DNA of 64,000 nucleotides from Microbotryum violaceum (Eukaryota): NCBI GenBank assembly GCA_001244265.2, contig CDLV01000007.1, positions 2,480,001 to 2,544,000 of the forward strand, read 5' to 3'. Shown piece by piece: positions 60,693 to 64,000 of this stretch (position 1 is its first letter; each line of letters starts with the position of its first letter). The notes under the pieces were generated by a model. It saw only the letters and a program-made list of their open reading frames with translations, ran no database searches and was not told where the DNA came from. The position numbers and the translations under genes were made by a program.

Positions 60693-63600
60693 ATGGACGG
60701 CCCGGCTCTTCCGCGTCGTAGCGACTCTCGGCAATCCTCACGGTCGCAGTCGCAATCGCAGTTGCATGCTTCCTCGAAGCCGCTTCATCCGGCGCCTCAT
60801 ACACGCGTCGGGTCATCGTCGGCACGGGCGTCGAGCGTCGTGTCCGGCGCGTACGCCTCGGCCTCGACGACGCTGTTTCCCAAGACGCCCAAGTCCTCGG
60901 CTGCCAAGTACGGAGGACTAGGAGAGAAAGAGTTGCAGCAGGTAAGCGCCGCAGCCCTGCGCCATGGCCCTACACGCCCTCGATCAACAAACATGATGAC
61001 CGACCTCCTCGCGTCGTGTCCTCTTAGATCACAAGCAGCATCCGCACGGCCGTCAAGACGACGGGATCGTACAAGAGTAGAACCATGCCTGTACCGGAAG
61101 AGTTCGATGCCTCGCTTGCGCAGGATCCGATACGAGGTTCGTGTTGGAGCAGCTCGCTTCATTTCTGCCCTCTTCTCGTTCCAGCGTCTCACTGACCCCC
61201 TGTCCTCAAATGATCACTTGGCGTAATCTCTGGACAAGTACGAACAGATCCAACACCTTCGGGTTCGTTCGTCGCCGAGACCTCGTTCAGTCGAGCGCCT
61301 CTCAATTCGCGCCTCCCTCCCATGTCCCCCCACCGCGTGGCCCTCGCCTCCGCTTCTCGGCGCAAGAGCTCCAAGACAACGACGACAGGTGCCAAACGGC
61401 ATTCTTCCACGGCAGCAAGAGAAACCATCGAGTCAAATGCGCCACCGGCTACCGCGGATTACTCGGACGAAGATAGTCTCAATGAGGACAGTGAGGGGCT
61501 CGACGAGTTCGAACCGGCCGATGAGCTCGAAACGAGGCAACGCGAAGGACTCGACCCGGAACCGCTGCAGGGCCTTAGTCCCGAGCTACAAGAGGCTCTT
61601 ATAGTCGAGGACCTATTTTTCGTGCTCACGGTGGGTCCGACAAGACAAGATTCCCTTGTCATTTGGTTCACCTGGCTGATGTTTTGTTGTCTTCGCTTAC
61701 AGGGTATCGAGGGTCAGTATATCGAGTACGATCCGACGTATACCCCCGAAGATGAGTTCGAGCGACTCTATGGTTCTAGATTTGTGCTTGCGCCGTCTTT
61801 AGGTATGTACCCGGACCGTTGGAATAACTATCAACTCGCGCTCCGATCTGATCTTGTGCATGTACCTTTCAGAACCGTGGATGGCAGCAACGGTGACGCG
61901 GTTCCTCGACATTGCCAAGCACTACACATCCATACACGCCTTCATTGAGCAGTATTCTATTCTCGAGTACGGCGTCATCAACCATGCGCTCTGTGCTGCC
62001 ATTCGCGAGATGCTCAAGGTAAAAGCATTACAGCTCAATTGCTTGCGACCGAATGTTCATCGGCTAACGAACATCCCCCTCCGCTTCCGTCTGCAGGAGT
62101 ACCTCATCCTCCTGGCCCAGCTCGAGCACCAGTTCCTCAACTCGCCCGGGTTCACTCTACAACGCTTCTGGTTCTACCTCCACCCAACCCTCCACACCCT
62201 TTCCCTCATCAATTCGCTCACACTCGACCTCGTCGCGCTCAGCATCCCGCCGGAAGAAGTCTCGTCTTCGGAGGAAAGCGGTGACTCGGACAGCTTCGTC
62301 GGTAATGCTGCTTTACGCGACGTGCTCGCCGATATGGAAGGTGCGGTCAAGTCCGCTGCGAAAGCGGATCGAGCGAGTCGAGGCGAAGGCATCGCCAAAG
62401 GCGGCGAAGTGCTCTTTGTCCTCTCGGAGAAACTCGATCGAACTGCGGGGGACCCTGCTGCAAGGGAACTTTATACGACTTTGCTTTTGCGTGCTAGTCA
62501 ACCGTATGCGACGATCTTGCTCGGTTGGATCAGTACGGGCCACCTCTCGGACCCGTGGGACGAGTTCATCGTACGTGAGGACAAGAAGCAAACGCGCGAA
62601 TCGATCGAAACGGATTTCACGAACGATTATTGGGAGAAGCGCTACAAGTTGCGCGACAACCTCAGCTCGGATGGACCTGCCGAACCGGTCGTGAATAGGA
62701 ATATTCCGCCGAGGGAAAGGGGCTTGAGTGGAGGGCAGATCGTGCCGAGGTTCTTGGAGCCGTGGAAGGAGAAGGTTTTGCTGGCGGGCAAGTACTTGAA
62801 TGTGTTGAGAGAGTGTGGGATCGATATCGAGTCCGCGAGTGGGGATTGGGCTAAAGGGCAATTGTTGACGCTCAATGATGAGAGGTGAGTCGTGATCGTC
62901 ACAAGTCGGGTCAAGGCCTTCTCTTCTCTGCTCTTTTCTGACCCGACCACGAGGATGCCGTCCACAGCTTCTTCAGACGCATCAACGAGGCGTACACGTA
63001 CGCGAACAAGGCTCTGCTCAAGCTCTTGCTCGAACAGGAACACCTCTTAACGCGACTACGATCACTGAAGCAGTACTTCTTCATCGACCACGGCGACGCC
63101 TTTACGCATTTCCTCGACCTTGCAAGTCTCGAATTGCACAAATCGCGGCATTCGGCCTCGGATGAGAAGTTGCAGTCGTTGTTTGAGCTCGCGTTGCGGA
63201 ACCCTTGTTCGGCTTCGGCGGTAGATCCGTTCAAAGATGACTTGATCGTCGTGTTGGCGAAGAAGACGTTGACGGAGATGCTGGTCAAAATTTTAAAGGA
63301 GGATGGAAAATTGGTTGATGCTTCGGAGGGGAAGAAGAATGCGAGGGACAAGGAAGACGATAAGAAGGACAAGAACTTTTTGGGTGATTTTTTTTTCAGG
63401 ACCGCAGTCGGCGATCGTAGGCGTAGGTGCACGATTTGGCTGACTCTACCCATCTCACAGCCCACCAAGCGATCACACTCGAGTACCACGCCAAGTTTCC
63501 TCTCTCACTGGTCATCTCACGCAACACGATCACGCACTATCAGTTCCTATTCCGTCACCTGCTCCAACTCAAGCACACCGAACGCGTCCTCGCAGAGATG

Positions 63601-64000
63601 TGGACCGAGCTCGCCAAATCCCCGTCCTGGCGCGTTCGCTCTCCCTATCCCGAACTCGAACAATGGAAACAGCGGGTATTCGGTCTGCGTGCGCGCATGT
63701 TCGCGTTCGTACAGCAGATGTACTCGTTCACCGTTAGCGAGGTGTTGGATGTCAATTGGGCCGTGTTGGAGAGGAAGTTGGCCAAGGTCGAGACGGTGGA
63801 TCAGTTGTTGAGCGATCATGTCGATTTCTTGGCGACTTGTTTGAAGGAGTGCTCGATGACGAATGAGAAGTTGCTGGTGGTGAGTTTCGAGGACGGTTTT
63901 CGGATGTAAACAATTGTGGATCGATTTGCAGGTTTGCTGATCTTGTCGAATATTCGGGGTTATCCACTTTGTTCTGCTCAGATTCATTCCAAGTTGCTCG
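60693..64000 (+). CDS. SPC97: Gamma-tubulin complex component 2 (Spc97/Alp4/GCP2), multi-exon, truncated at window end
   Basis: Motifs QEALIVEDLFFVL|GIEGQYI, G.INHALCAAIR, DPWDEFIV, DYWEKRY, LLAGKYLNVLRECG, SLKQYFF and FPLSLVISR..YQFLFRHL. Confidence 0.92.

Overview
Eukaryotic, intron-rich, roughly 55-60% GC fungal DNA. Gene content and splice signals (GTGAGT/GTCAGT/GTAAGT donors, CTGAC/CTAAC branch points, YAG acceptors) point to a basidiomycete, possibly Pucciniomycotina (inference). About 18 spliced genes were reconstructed by eye. Housekeeping genes: UBA2 head-to-head with ULA1/NAE1, casein kinase I, YIF1, glycerol-3-phosphate acyltransferase, RFA2, RAD1/XPF head-to-head with VMA4, a VWA8-like AAA+ ATPase, and GCP2/SPC97 (truncated at the window end). 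Accessory content: (1) a very long modular metallothionein, about 342 aa and 70 Cys, with micro-exons; (2) an SDR-like/GT47 exostosin fusion; (3) a secreted DUF7029/DUF7223-like protein with a cationic helix and His-containing repeats; (4) a tandem pair of secreted beta-trefoil-like paralogs that the ORF track only shows in fragments. In this pair the same loop carries a Gly/His-rich basic insert in one gene and an Asp/Glu-rich insert in the other, both with dibasic sites. There is also a degenerate tRNA that may be a SINE head, and a hAT-like MITE. All exon structures and family assignments come from reading the sequence; no searches were run.
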